Positions 15,706-24,877 of a DNA stretch of 24,968 bases are shown here, in pieces. The stretch lies in NCBI GenBank assembly GCA_964635485.1, contig CAZWPV010000001.1, positions 1 to 24,968 on the forward strand, in the 5' to 3' direction. The stretch's first letter is position 1; each line of letters opens with the position of its first letter. The notes under the pieces are model-generated. The model ran no database searches. It saw nothing but the letters and a program-made list of their open reading frames with translations, and was not told the origin of the DNA. The translations under genes and the position numbers were made by a program. The stretch comes from an uncultured Anaerolineales bacterium (GTDB taxonomy: Bacteria > Chloroflexota > Anaerolineae > B4-G1).

Positions 15706-18186
15706 CTAGCGTGAAGCGGGTGCGGCCGGTAACGTGAAGGAGAACACACTTCCTGGCCCCACCGCGCTCTCCACAGCCACCTGGCCACCCAGTCTTTCCA
15801 CGATGCGACGCGCGATCGAGAGCCCCAACCCGTGTCCTTTGACGCAAGCCTGATCGAGCCGCGTAAAGGGAGTAAATAGCCGGGCCTGCTCTTCCGGCGA
15901 GATGCCAGGCCCGTTATCGCGCACCCAAAAGCGTACCAGGCCGTGTGGCTGTGTCTCTGCGCCTAACTCTACCCGCGGTGGCTGCCCTCCATACTTGATG
16001 GCGTTGCTCACGTAATTGACCCACACCTCTTCGACCCACTGCTCGTAGCCCACTGCCACCGGCCAGTCGCCGGGTACGATAACCTCAGCCTGAGATTCGT
16101 CGATCAAACCGGCTAACCGCTTTCGGGTTTCTGCCACAATACTATCCATGTCTAGCGGCTCGACCCGTACCTCTTCCATCTTGCGCACGCTGGATAGCAG
16201 GAGCAGCGCGTTGATGATCTTGGTCATCTTGTCGCCGCTCTGAACGATCGCCTGGAGGCAATCTAGAAGCTGCTCGGTCGTAAACGCTGTATAATCCTGC
16301 ACCAGCAACTCGGCAAAGCCCGTCACGTTGCCCAGCGGCCCTTTGAGATCGTGGGCCACGGTGTGGGCGAAAGCGTCCAGTTCTTCATTGCGCGCCTCCA
16401 ACTCGGCGGCGTACTGGCGCGACGATTCCTCAGCCAGCTTGCGCTCGGTGATGTCTCTAACGATTCCGATCACGTGCCATTTACCTCTCAGCATCACAGT
16501 TGAGAGAGACACCTCTACCGGAAACTCGGTCCCATCCCGTTTCATTGCCGTCAACTCGATCATCCCGCCGACTGCAGGCTCTTGGTCTGCTGTTGTGGGT
16601 CTCTCAAAAGCTCGTCGATAAGCTTCGTGGTGACGCTGAGGGGCGAGAAGCACGTGTACTTCTCTGCCTACGGCGTCCTGATTCAAATAGCCAAATATCC
16701 TTTCCGCCGCTTCATTCCAGAAAGACACTCTGCCTTCGTCGTTTGCCATGATGATGGCATCCTGGGCTGAGGCGCTCATCGTCCTGAACCGTTCTTCGCT
16801 CTCACGTGTCTCCCGGTACAATCGCGCTCTTTCCAGGGAAATGGCGATCTGGTTGGCAAAGGCAGTCACAGCTGGCGCATCGTCTTTGGTAAGGCCGGTC
16901 CCATTAACGACCAGTATCCCCTCGGTTTGGCCACCGATGACCAAGGGGGCATAGATGCCTTGCTTCGCCTCCAAGTCGCCGTCAGACTGCCCGGCCAAAG
17001 GGCGGATGAGACCAGGCATATCTTCGGATAGACGCTCGGCCATGCTCTCAACAAACACGGCCTGTTGGCTCCTGATCAGGCAGTCGTGAAACCCACCGGG
17101 CTTGACCGCTACGTGGAAGACACCGGATTCCATGGTCTCCTGAAAATCGGCCACAGAAGTCCCGGCCAGTTCCTCTGCCGCTCGCAGGAGAGGGGATTTG
17201 GCCGTCACGTACGATAGAGCCATGTGCGTTCTATCTTCTGTCAAAGTGAAAACCAGGGCGTGGTAATCCAGTCGAACTACCTCATCCAAGACCGTGCAGT
17301 ATATTTCCTCCGGCGTGCGGGCGCGCTGTACGGCCTCGGATGCGTCGCTGAGAGCCAGTAACAAACGGTGGCTGCGCGCCGTCGCTTCCTGGGAGTGTTG
17401 CAGCGCCTCCTCCACCCGCTTGCGCTCGGCGATCTTGCCCAGTCGCTCGGCGATGGCGTCGAGCAGATTCCTTTCCTCCTTCGAAAAAGGGCCTTCGTCG
17501 CTCGCCGGCTTTTCCTCCAGGTAGCACACTTCCACGACGCCGCCTGGTTTGCCATGCACGATGATGTTGCTGGCCTGTCTCCAGGAGGTCTCGGCAAAGT
17601 TCGGTGTCTGGAACTCTTGCTCCCCAAGGATGATCCGCGCGCACGCGACCTTTGAGTATCGCCAGGCAGGAGAGATAAGCAGGACGCTCTGCCAAAGAAT
17701 CTCCTCTAGTGAAATGCCCAGCCTTTGGATCAGGTTGGAGATGTTGTACAGGCAGTGCAGCTCCTTGAGCCGCTGGCCAAGCTCGGCCGTTTGCTCCTGC
17801 AACATCTCTCCCGCCCACCGCTTGTCAAAGGCCCCTCGGATGAGCATCATCAGTTGCTCCGGGTCGTAGGGCTTTTGCACGTATCCATAAGCGCCCAGGT
17901 TGAGCGCTTCAATGGCCGACTTTTGCGAGGCGTAGCCGGTCAAGACGATGCATTCGGTAGACCAGGCTTGCTCCTTCACCGCCTGTATCAGATCCATACC
18001 CGATCCTTCCTCCAGCCTGAGGTCGATCAGGGCTACTACGGGGGCATCCTCGGCGATCCTGTGCAGCGCCTCTTGCACCGTGCTGGCGACCGTAGTCGTA
18101 TAGCCGCGCTCGCTGAGCGTTCTGACGATAGCACCCCGAAGACCGGGATCGTCATCTACGATCAATATGCTGTTTCTTGTGGTCAT
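15706..18186 (-). CDS. Hybrid kinase: REC - GAF-like - GAF - PAS - HisKA - HATPase
   Basis: REC motifs IVDDD, LIDLRL and YVQKPY. PAS/PAC ending GIVRDITERK. AHDLKGP, NYVSNAIKY, DNGPG, GHGLGLS. GAGGTG RBS. Confidence 0.92.
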   Translation of the reverse strand: MTTRNSILIVDDDPGLRGAIVRTLSERGYTTTVASTVQEALHRIAEDAPVVALIDLRLEEGSGMDLIQAVKEQAWSTECIVLTGYASQKSAIEALNLGAYGYVQKPYDPEQLMMLIRGAFDKRWAGEMLQEQTAELGQRLKELHCLYNISNLIQRLGISLEEILWQSVLLISPAWRYSKVACARIILGEQEFQTPNFAETSWRQASNIIVHGKPGGVVEVCYLEEKPASDEGPFSKEERNLLDAIAERLGKIAERKRVEEALQHSQEATARSHRLLLALSDASEAVQRARTPEEIYCTVLDEVVRLDYHALVFTLTEDRTHMALSYVTAKSPLLRAAEELAGTSVADFQETMESGVFHVAVKPGGFHDCLIRSQQAVFVESMAERLSEDMPGLIRPLAGQSDGDLEAKQGIYAPLVIGGQTEGILVVNGTGLTKDDAPAVTAFANQIAISLERARLYRETRESEERFRTMSASAQDAIIMANDEGRVSFWNEAAERIFGYLNQDAVGREVHVLLAPQRHHEAYRRAFERPTTADQEPAVGGMIELTAMKRDGTEFPVEVSLSTVMLRGKWHVIGIVRDITERKLAEESSRQYAAELEARNEELDAFAHTVAHDLKGPLGNVTGFAELLVQDYTAFTTEQLLDCLQAIVQSGDKMTKIINALLLLSSVRKMEEVRVEPLDMDSIVAETRKRLAGLIDESQAEVIVPGDWPVAVGYEQWVEEVWVNYVSNAIKYGGQPPRVELGAETQPHGLVRFWVRDNGPGISPEEQARLFTPFTRLDQACVKGHGLGLSIARRIVERLGGQVAVESAVGPGSVFSFTLPAAPASR

Positions 18187-18216
18187 CGTTCACCTCGCTC
18201 AATCCTGAGCGTAGCC

Positions 18217-19332
18217 TCACACCTCGGCCGGCGGCAGCCTGATTGTGAAGGTGCTTCCTTTCCCAATGGCGCTCGCTACCGTAATCTCGCCGCCGTGTAG
18301 GTGGATCACCCCTTGGGCGATGGCCAGCCCGAGCCCTACCCCTTGCTGTTCCATCTTCTCCCTGGCGACCTGTCGGAACCGCTCAAAGAGATGGGGGATT
18401 TCGCCGGGCAGGATTCCAGGACCCTCGTCAATCACGGCGATCTCTGATTGATTCTGTACCTGCTGGGCGCTCACCGTAACTCGTTTTCCCTCCCCCTGGG
18501 AGAATTTGATGGCGTTGTCGATCAGCCTGCCCAGTGCGTCGGCAAAGAGCGGCTCGCACAGTTGCACCGGCGGTAGGTTGGGTTCTACCAGATATTCCAG
18601 CGTCATGCCCTTGGCCGCCGCTTGCGGTTCGTACTGGCTGATCGTGCGCGTCACGATCACGTCCAGATCGCTACGCACCTCTACCAGCTGCCGAAACTCC
18701 TTTTCCGCTTGGCCGGTATCCAGCCGAACTAACGTCAAAAAGTCGTCCGCCAGGCGGGTCAGTCGATCCGCTCCCTGGCTGATACTCTGGAGGAACTCCT
18801 CGAGAAGCTCAGGAGGCAAAGAAGGAATGTCTTCCAGCGCCAGTTCGGTGTACCCACGGATATAGGTCAGCGGCGTGCGCATCTCGTGCCCCAACACGGT
18901 GACGATTTGCTGCTTAATCTCATCGAGCCTCGCCTCGGCGTTTTCCTGGACGGCCTGCGCGCGCGCCAGCCGGGCACGCACCGTCACCAGCAGTTCCTCT
19001 GGATCGACGGGCTTGACCAGGTAGTCCTCCACGCCCAGTGCTTTTCCCTTGATCACATCCTCGCGCCGTGCCCTAGCGGTCAGAAAGATAAAGGGAATCG
19101 ACGTCCACTCGGCGTGGGCGCGCACTGCACGGTAGAAATCATACCCATCCATGCCGGGCATCATAATGTCTGCCAAGATGATATCGGGAGCCTTTCCCTC
19201 CATCACTTGCAGTGCTTGCACGCCGTCGTTGGCGGTCGAGACCGCGTATCCATCCGCTTCCAAGAAGCGCTGGATGGCCACCCGCAGGGAGGGCTGATCC
19301 TCCACGACTAACACGTGCCCAATACTGTCCAC
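18217..19332 (-). CDS. REC - HisKA - HATPase hybrid kinase, paralogue of 6930-8039
   Basis: Likely GTG start at 19332 (VDSIGHVLVVED) after AGAAGGTGG. ADIMMP, YLVKPV, GHEMRTP, LIDNAIKF, DEGPG, GVGLGLA. Confidence 0.9.
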   Translation of the reverse strand: MDSIGHVLVVEDQPSLRVAIQRFLEADGYAVSTANDGVQALQVMEGKAPDIILADIMMPGMDGYDFYRAVRAHAEWTSIPFIFLTARARREDVIKGKALGVEDYLVKPVDPEELLVTVRARLARAQAVQENAEARLDEIKQQIVTVLGHEMRTPLTYIRGYTELALEDIPSLPPELLEEFLQSISQGADRLTRLADDFLTLVRLDTGQAEKEFRQLVEVRSDLDVIVTRTISQYEPQAAAKGMTLEYLVEPNLPPVQLCEPLFADALGRLIDNAIKFSQGEGKRVTVSAQQVQNQSEIAVIDEGPGILPGEIPHLFERFRQVAREKMEQQGVGLGLAIAQGVIHLHGGEITVASAIGKGSTFTIRLPPAEV

Positions 19333-19353
19333 TATCCACCTTCTTCGCACACG

Positions 19354-22300
19354 CTATTCGTTCTCTGTACCCGCGTCTAGCATCCGGCGAACGGTCTTGC
19401 ACAGAACACCTACGTCGAGAGGCTTATAGATAATGTCCGCGAAGCCGATTTCCTTTAACGCCTGTACATCCTCTTGCATCGTGTAGCCGGTGATGACCAG
19501 GACTTTGAGGCCGGGGGCAATCTGCTTCAACTCCTGGATCAACTCCTTGCCCCCCATCTCTGGCATGACCATGTCCGTGAGCACCAAGTCCACCCCACCG
19601 GCCTCCTCAAAGACCTCTAATCCCTCCCTGCCATTCGACGCTGTGATAACGCGATAGCCCAGCGATTGGAGGACGCGCTGCCCTGCGTCCCGCACTTTTT
19701 CCTCATCCTCTACGAAAAGGATAGCTTCGCCTCTGCCCTCGGGAATGGCCAATATTTCCTCTGATTGGGCCACTCTGTGTTTTTCCATGTAGGCAGGCAG
19801 GTAGATGCGGAACGTCGTTCCACGGCCCACTTCGGTCTCCACACCAATCTCTCCCCCGTGCTGCTTGACGATGCCGTATACCTGGGCCAGCCCCAGCCCG
19901 GTTCCTTTTGGCCCCTTGGTGGTAAAGAAAGGCTCGAACAGGTGCGCGCGCACGCGCTCGTCCATACCCGTTCCCGCATCCTGGACAGACAGGCACACCC
20001 AATCGCCCGTCGTCAACTCCAGATCCGTAACTCCCGGCTGCCTCACTTTCGCAGACTCGACCGTCATCCTGGACAGTTCGATACGCAGGGTCCCGCCGTC
20101 CGGCATGGCATCCCGTGAATTCAACGCCAGGTTCATGATCACCTGCTGTATGCGGGTCGGATCGATCCCCACCGTGTAGTCGTCCTCTCCCATCTTCGTC
20201 ACGACTCGGATGTTCTCTGGGAGGGTCTTTTGCAGGATGTCCACCACCTCCGCGACGAAGGACGACAGATCCACCGGCTTGGTCTCCATCACCGAGCGGC
20301 GGCTAAAGTCAAGCACCTGCCGCACCAGGGCGGCCGCCCGATTAGCCTCTCCCACGATCGTCTCGGCGACCGAGGTGACGTCCGGCGACGCATCCTCGTC
20401 GCGCAGGAGCAGGTGGGCGTAGAAGATGATGGTCATCAAGAAGTTGTTAAAGTCGTGAGCGATGCCGCCGGCCAGCTGCCCCACGGCTGCCAGCCGTTCT
20501 TGCCGTTGCATCTGTTCCTGCATGCGATGGCGCTCGGTGACGTCGGTCGCCACCCCAATGACGCCGGTGATCTCGCCGCTCTCGTCTCGGAGCGGGGAAT
20601 ACCATGCCTCGAATATCAAACCGGCCCGCTCCTGGATCGAGGTCACTACCTCGCCAGTCAACGCACGGCGAAAATCCTCCAGAATCTCCGGCGCGTCGCG
20701 GTACACGTCGAGGCTCGACTGCCCCACGTGTTCGCCCGGCTTGAGCCCTAGGGCTTCCAGGCCCTTGCCCTCCGAAAGAGTGAACACGCCCTGGCGATCC
20801 AGAGCGCACAGGACGATGGGCATCTTGGAGATGACCGTGTGCAGCCGCTCTTCTAGCGTGGCCTGCACCTGCTCGAACAGGCGCGTTCGCTCGATAGCCA
20901 CGGCCAACTGGTCGGCCATCACCTGCATGATCTCGACGTCGTCCTGGTCGAAGGCCGCCTCCTCGGTGCTCTGTACGTCCAGAGCGCCGATGACGTTCCC
21001 ACCCGCGTGCATGGGCAACGCCATCTCGGAGCGTGTGTCCGGCAGAAAGGGGTTGTCGAAGTAAACGGCATCGCTACCCACGTCTAGGGCGATGCGCGGC
21101 TCGCCGCTGGCGCAGACGTGGCCCACGATGCCCACCTGGCCCACCTTCAGCCTGTGCTCGTGCTCCAGCATCTGCCGCCCGGCCTCGCCGGTGGCAGAGC
21201 GCAGAACGGCGTACTCGCCCCGTTGGTCGGTTATAAAGATGCCGGCGTGGTAGAATCCAAAGCGATCCCGCACCAGGTTCACCGACCGATTCAGCAATTC
21301 GTCCAGGTTGTGCGCCGTAGTGGCGTCGCGGGCCACCTCGGCGGCAACCCTGAGTTGGGCGCTGCGGCGCGCCAGTTCGGCGGTGCGCACTGTGACCTGC
21401 TGTTCCAATTCTTCGGCGTGACGTTGGATCTGCTCGTACAGGCGGGCCTGGCGAATGCCGATGGCCAACTGCCCAGAGAGCTCGCGCGCAATCTCCACGT
21501 GCTCAGTGGTGAAAGCGGCGGGATTCTCAGACGCCAGCAGAAGGGAGCCTACCAACTCCCCCTGGACAATGAGTGGAATGTGCAGATATGAACGGCTGCC
21601 TTCGAGCAGTGTGCCAGATAGTCCAAGCGGTGTCTCTTCCAGCGCTTGAGCATCGCCCGCTACGCTGGTTTTGCCCGTCCGCAAGTTCTCGATGCTCCCG
21701 AATGCCTCCAGCTCAATCTGTGCCCCTGCTTCCAACCAGACTCCGTCGCCTGCCAGAGATGCGAGCACCGTGGCTTTCCCCTTCTCGAGATCGAACGACG
21801 AGATCAGAACCCGGTCGCTGGGCGCCAATCGCTGCAAATGGCGCGAGACGGCCTGGCCAATTTCCTGTGGCGACTGAGCCGCCAAGACGACGCCATCGAT
21901 GGCGCGCAGGATTCTCAGACGCTCGACGTAGCGTTGCAGTGCCACCTCGGCCTGTTTACGCTCGGTGATGTCCTGGCCCACGCCTACCAGCCCGATCACC
22001 TGCCCGGCGCTGTCCCGCAGTGGTATTTTGGAGGTGAGCAGCCAACGCTGCTGCCCGTCGGCAGTGACGATGGTGTGCTCGTAGTCAATCAGCGGCTGGC
22101 CGGTTTGGATGATGGCTTGGTCTCGGGCGTAGAACCGAGCGGCCATGTCTTCTGGGTAGAAGTCGAAGTCGGTCTTGCCGAGCACCTCGGCTTCCGTTGA
22201 CGCCCCCATGTATTCCACGTCCACACGGTTGGACAGAAACTTGCGACACGCGGTGTCCTTGGCGTAGACCAGGGCTGGCAAGATTTCAACGATGGTGTGC

Positions 22301-23706
22301 AGTAGGGTGTGTTCGGCGGCCAGCGCTTCCTCAGCCTGCTTACGCTCATCGATCTCTTGCTGGGCCCGTTGATAGAGCCGCGCGTTCTCAATCGCGATGG
22401 CCGCCGACGCCGCCAGTGGCTCCAGTATCTGCAGGTCTTCCGTGTCGAACCGCCCGACCTGCTTATCCAGCATCTGGAGCACCCCGATCACCGACTGCTT
22501 GGCGCACAGGGGCACGCTGAGGATGGAGTGCATGGTCAACCCGATGTGCCGGTTCACCTCCGCCGAATGACGCTCGTCTTTCTCGGCATCCGGCACGATC
22601 AAACTCTCACCGTGAGTGGCCACCCAACCGGAGATACCCTCTCCCGGCGCCAGTCGCCAGCCGACGACCGATTCGTACTTGGGACCGGTGGCCTGGCTAC
22701 AGACCAGTTCCTGTGTTTCAGGATCGACCAACCAGATCGAGGAAGCCGCTACATCCAGCAGGTGGCGCGCTTCCTCCAGGACAATTGCAAACACCTGACT
22801 CGGGTCGAGGCTGGAACTGAACCCCCGGCTTGCCTGGTTGATCAGGGCCAGGGCGCGGGTGCGTTGTCGCAGCGCCTCCTCGGCCCGCTTACGCTCAGTG
22901 ATGTCGCGGAATATCCCCTGGATGAGTCCTTGGCCGCCTAGTTCAAAGACATTGGCCATGATCTCCACGTCTCTGATTTCGCCATTCTTGGTCACAATCT
23001 GCGCTTCGAGCACCTGCCTTTTTTCCCCCCGGAGATGCTGTTGGAAGGTCCGGGAGAATTCACCTTCTGTTTCCTCAGGGGGGTGGAGTATGCGCTGATG
23101 CTGGCCAACAAGTTCGGATTTCTCTCGGCCCCAAAGCAGGGTGGCGGCCCGATTGCAATCGATTAGCACACCCGTCTCGGCAGACGCGACGATTATGGCA
23201 TCTAGCGCTTCCTCAAAGAGATTGCGGTATTTTTCTTCCGACTCCTGCAGGGCTCTTTCGGCCTGCTTGCGCTCGGTGATGTCCTCGATCATCACCAGGA
23301 AGGCCTTTGCTTGCCCGTTCTCGTCGAGATGAGGCATGTAGGTAGCCCGCACCGTGCGGGGCTGGCCCTGCGTATCGTAGGCGACGTTTTCGTACGTTAT
23401 TCTCTGGCCGCTCAAAACGGCCTCGATGGAAGGTAACGCCCTTTGATACGTCGTCTCTTGCAGGACGTCGCGGACGTGTTTCCCGATGATTTCCTCTCTG
23501 GCAAGGCCGTGCCAATCTGCGTAAAGCCGGTTGACGTACAGATAGCGCTGCTCTGCGTCGATGTAAGCCAGCAGAACCGGCAGGGTATCAACGATCAGCT
23601 CGATTGGCTCCTGAGTGTCCGCCAGGGCCGCCGCAGGCCTGTGCACATCCTCTACCGCCTCCAGTTCGGGCCCGGTCTGGGGCTCGGTTTTGCGATCAGG
23701 TTTCAC
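19354..23706 (-). CDS. Large cytoplasmic multi-PAS/multi-GAF hybrid histidine kinase with a C-terminal receiver
   Basis: GTG at 23706 lies 6 nt after GGAGG (the track ORF extends to 23754). Four PAS/PAC units, three ending DITERK and one ending DVTERH, and three GAF domains. H-box AHDFNN, NLALNSRDAM, DAGTG, GTGLGLA. REC motifs VEDE and LTDMVMP. Confidence 0.92.
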   Translation of the reverse strand: MKPDRKTEPQTGPELEAVEDVHRPAAALADTQEPIELIVDTLPVLLAYIDAEQRYLYVNRLYADWHGLAREEIIGKHVRDVLQETTYQRALPSIEAVLSGQRITYENVAYDTQGQPRTVRATYMPHLDENGQAKAFLVMIEDITERKQAERALQESEEKYRNLFEEALDAIIVASAETGVLIDCNRAATLLWGREKSELVGQHQRILHPPEETEGEFSRTFQQHLRGEKRQVLEAQIVTKNGEIRDVEIMANVFELGGQGLIQGIFRDITERKRAEEALRQRTRALALINQASRGFSSSLDPSQVFAIVLEEARHLLDVAASSIWLVDPETQELVCSQATGPKYESVVGWRLAPGEGISGWVATHGESLIVPDAEKDERHSAEVNRHIGLTMHSILSVPLCAKQSVIGVLQMLDKQVGRFDTEDLQILEPLAASAAIAIENARLYQRAQQEIDERKQAEEALAAEHTLLHTIVEILPALVYAKDTACRKFLSNRVDVEYMGASTEAEVLGKTDFDFYPEDMAARFYARDQAIIQTGQPLIDYEHTIVTADGQQRWLLTSKIPLRDSAGQVIGLVGVGQDITERKQAEVALQRYVERLRILRAIDGVVLAAQSPQEIGQAVSRHLQRLAPSDRVLISSFDLEKGKATVLASLAGDGVWLEAGAQIELEAFGSIENLRTGKTSVAGDAQALEETPLGLSGTLLEGSRSYLHIPLIVQGELVGSLLLASENPAAFTTEHVEIARELSGQLAIGIRQARLYEQIQRHAEELEQQVTVRTAELARRSAQLRVAAEVARDATTAHNLDELLNRSVNLVRDRFGFYHAGIFITDQRGEYAVLRSATGEAGRQMLEHEHRLKVGQVGIVGHVCASGEPRIALDVGSDAVYFDNPFLPDTRSEMALPMHAGGNVIGALDVQSTEEAAFDQDDVEIMQVMADQLAVAIERTRLFEQVQATLEERLHTVISKMPIVLCALDRQGVFTLSEGKGLEALGLKPGEHVGQSSLDVYRDAPEILEDFRRALTGEVVTSIQERAGLIFEAWYSPLRDESGEITGVIGVATDVTERHRMQEQMQRQERLAAVGQLAGGIAHDFNNFLMTIIFYAHLLLRDEDASPDVTSVAETIVGEANRAAALVRQVLDFSRRSVMETKPVDLSSFVAEVVDILQKTLPENIRVVTKMGEDDYTVGIDPTRIQQVIMNLALNSRDAMPDGGTLRIELSRMTVESAKVRQPGVTDLELTTGDWVCLSVQDAGTGMDERVRAHLFEPFFTTKGPKGTGLGLAQVYGIVKQHGGEIGVETEVGRGTTFRIYLPAYMEKHRVAQSEEILAIPEGRGEAILFVEDEEKVRDAGQRVLQSLGYRVITASNGREGLEVFEEAGGVDLVLTDMVMPEMGGKELIQELKQIAPGLKVLVITGYTMQEDVQALKEIGFADIIYKPLDVGVLCKTVRRMLDAGTENE

Positions 23707-23750
23707 GCCATGCCTCCGTATGAAAAAAAAGCATCGACATCCCTCGAAAG

Positions 23751-24137
23751 TCACCCGCAGTCAGCCATAAGCGTCTTCAGGGTTGGCACGAGCTGCGCCT
23801 GCATGTCCTCTTTGAGTACGTAAGCGCTCACTCCGGCATCGGCGGCGTCCATACGATAGGCCATGGTATCGTGGATGGTCAGGATCACCACCCGGGCTGT
23901 TGGCACGATGGCCTTGATGCGCCGCGTGGCCTCCGCCCCGTTCATTCCCGGCAGGCCGAAATCCATGACGACTACCTGCGGCGGCGTATCGCGGGCGATG
24001 GCGAGGGCCTCCTCGCCGGTGGCCGCCGTCATGATGAGGCAGTCGTGAAAAACGGTCGCCAGCCACCTGGATAGCGCCTGGCGCACCGTGTCGTGGTCAT
24101 CGACGATCAGGATCGTTTCTGCCATCTGGGGTCTCAT
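23751..24137 (-). CDS. Stand-alone NarL/FixJ-type receiver-domain protein (no HTH)
   Basis: ATG at 24137 after AGAGG. IVDDHDTVR, VMDFGLPGMNG, ILTIHD, YVLKED. Ends right after the receiver domain. Confidence 0.88.
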   Translation of the reverse strand: MRPQMAETILIVDDHDTVRQALSRWLATVFHDCLIMTAATGEEALAIARDTPPQVVVMDFGLPGMNGAEATRRIKAIVPTARVVILTIHDTMAYRMDAADAGVSAYVLKEDMQAQLVPTLKTLMADCG

Positions 24138-24138
24138 G

Positions 24139-24762
24139 TCAAACCTCTTCGCTTTGTCTTTCCTTGGCCAGCAAAGCATAAACATCGGTGTGGACGAAAA
24201 AGTGCATGGGACTGACGTCAAAAGCCCGGGCCAGGGCAGCGACGGTGGACAGCTTGGGGTCTTGTGCCCGCCATCTTTTGTTCCTCAATTTCCACACATA
24301 CGTACCATCGGTGAGCCCGGCTCTCTCGGCGATTGCCTCGTTGGTAAAGGGGGTGCCGTCGGGCTGGGTTATCAGGGTAAACAGGCGCTCCAGCCTATCG
24401 CCAAAGATGACATCATCGGAGGCGGGAGCAGGTTCGCCGCCCAGGTCAAGCCAATGCTGCAGGGCGCGGAGGGTATCCGGGCTAATCTCATAAAACTGCG
24501 CCTGCACCTCGGCAGACGTGATCTGACGATCGTCCCGCACGGGAGAAAGGACCACGACCAACACGGTGGGGTCTGATGGCTGGTCCCTATCGACGATGAG
24601 CTGCTCGACGTGGGCGCGAGGAACACGCCAGTGATTCCCATCCGCAAAAAACTCCTGGAACGCGCCGGGGAGGTGCCCCGCCTTAACCCATAGTTCAATG
24701 GTACACTCGTCAACTCTACACAGGGCGGTGACGCATGCGGCAGATAGCGTGTCATATTGCAT
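24139..24762 (-). CDS. Double-HTH DNA-binding protein: N-terminal excisionase/MerR-like (HTH_17-like) domain plus C-terminal XRE/EspR-like domain
   Basis: ATG at 24762 after AAGGAGGAAGGAG. N-terminus LSAACVTALCRVDECTIELWVKAGHLPG...WRVPRAHVEQL. C-terminus FGDRLERLF...TNEAIAERAGL..TYVWKLR...DPKLSTVAALARAFDVSPMHF. Confidence 0.72.
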   Translation of the reverse strand: MQYDTLSAACVTALCRVDECTIELWVKAGHLPGAFQEFFADGNHWRVPRAHVEQLIVDRDQPSDPTVLVVVLSPVRDDRQITSAEVQAQFYEISPDTLRALQHWLDLGGEPAPASDDVIFGDRLERLFTLITQPDGTPFTNEAIAERAGLTDGTYVWKLRNKRWRAQDPKLSTVAALARAFDVSPMHFFVHTDVYALLAKERQSEEV

Positions 24763-24877
24763 ACTCCTTCCTCCTTTACTCGACAAGCTCCCCTGGCTAA
24801 CGCCGTAATTGTTCACCCTGCCCACTTTGGATCTGACAACCCAGCGGGAGCGGCTGAACGTATCTTCTCAATAAGTA

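Noticed and set aside
15683-15847. N-terminal extension of the 14396 kinase given by the track
   Set aside because: It overlaps the upstream kinase CDS by ~140 nt and is not domain-like. The ATG at 15682 directly precedes the receiver domain.
18203-18216. TCCTGAGCGTAGCC, a half copy of the REP-like motif in a 30-nt gap
   Set aside because: The second half (GAAGG) is missing and the match is too short to call.
379-24576. Numerous overlapping 60-260 aa alternative-frame and antisense ORFs in the track
   Set aside because: Expected shadows of GC-rich coding sequence. They are Arg/Pro/Gly-rich, lack RBSs and motifs, and overlap well-supported genes.
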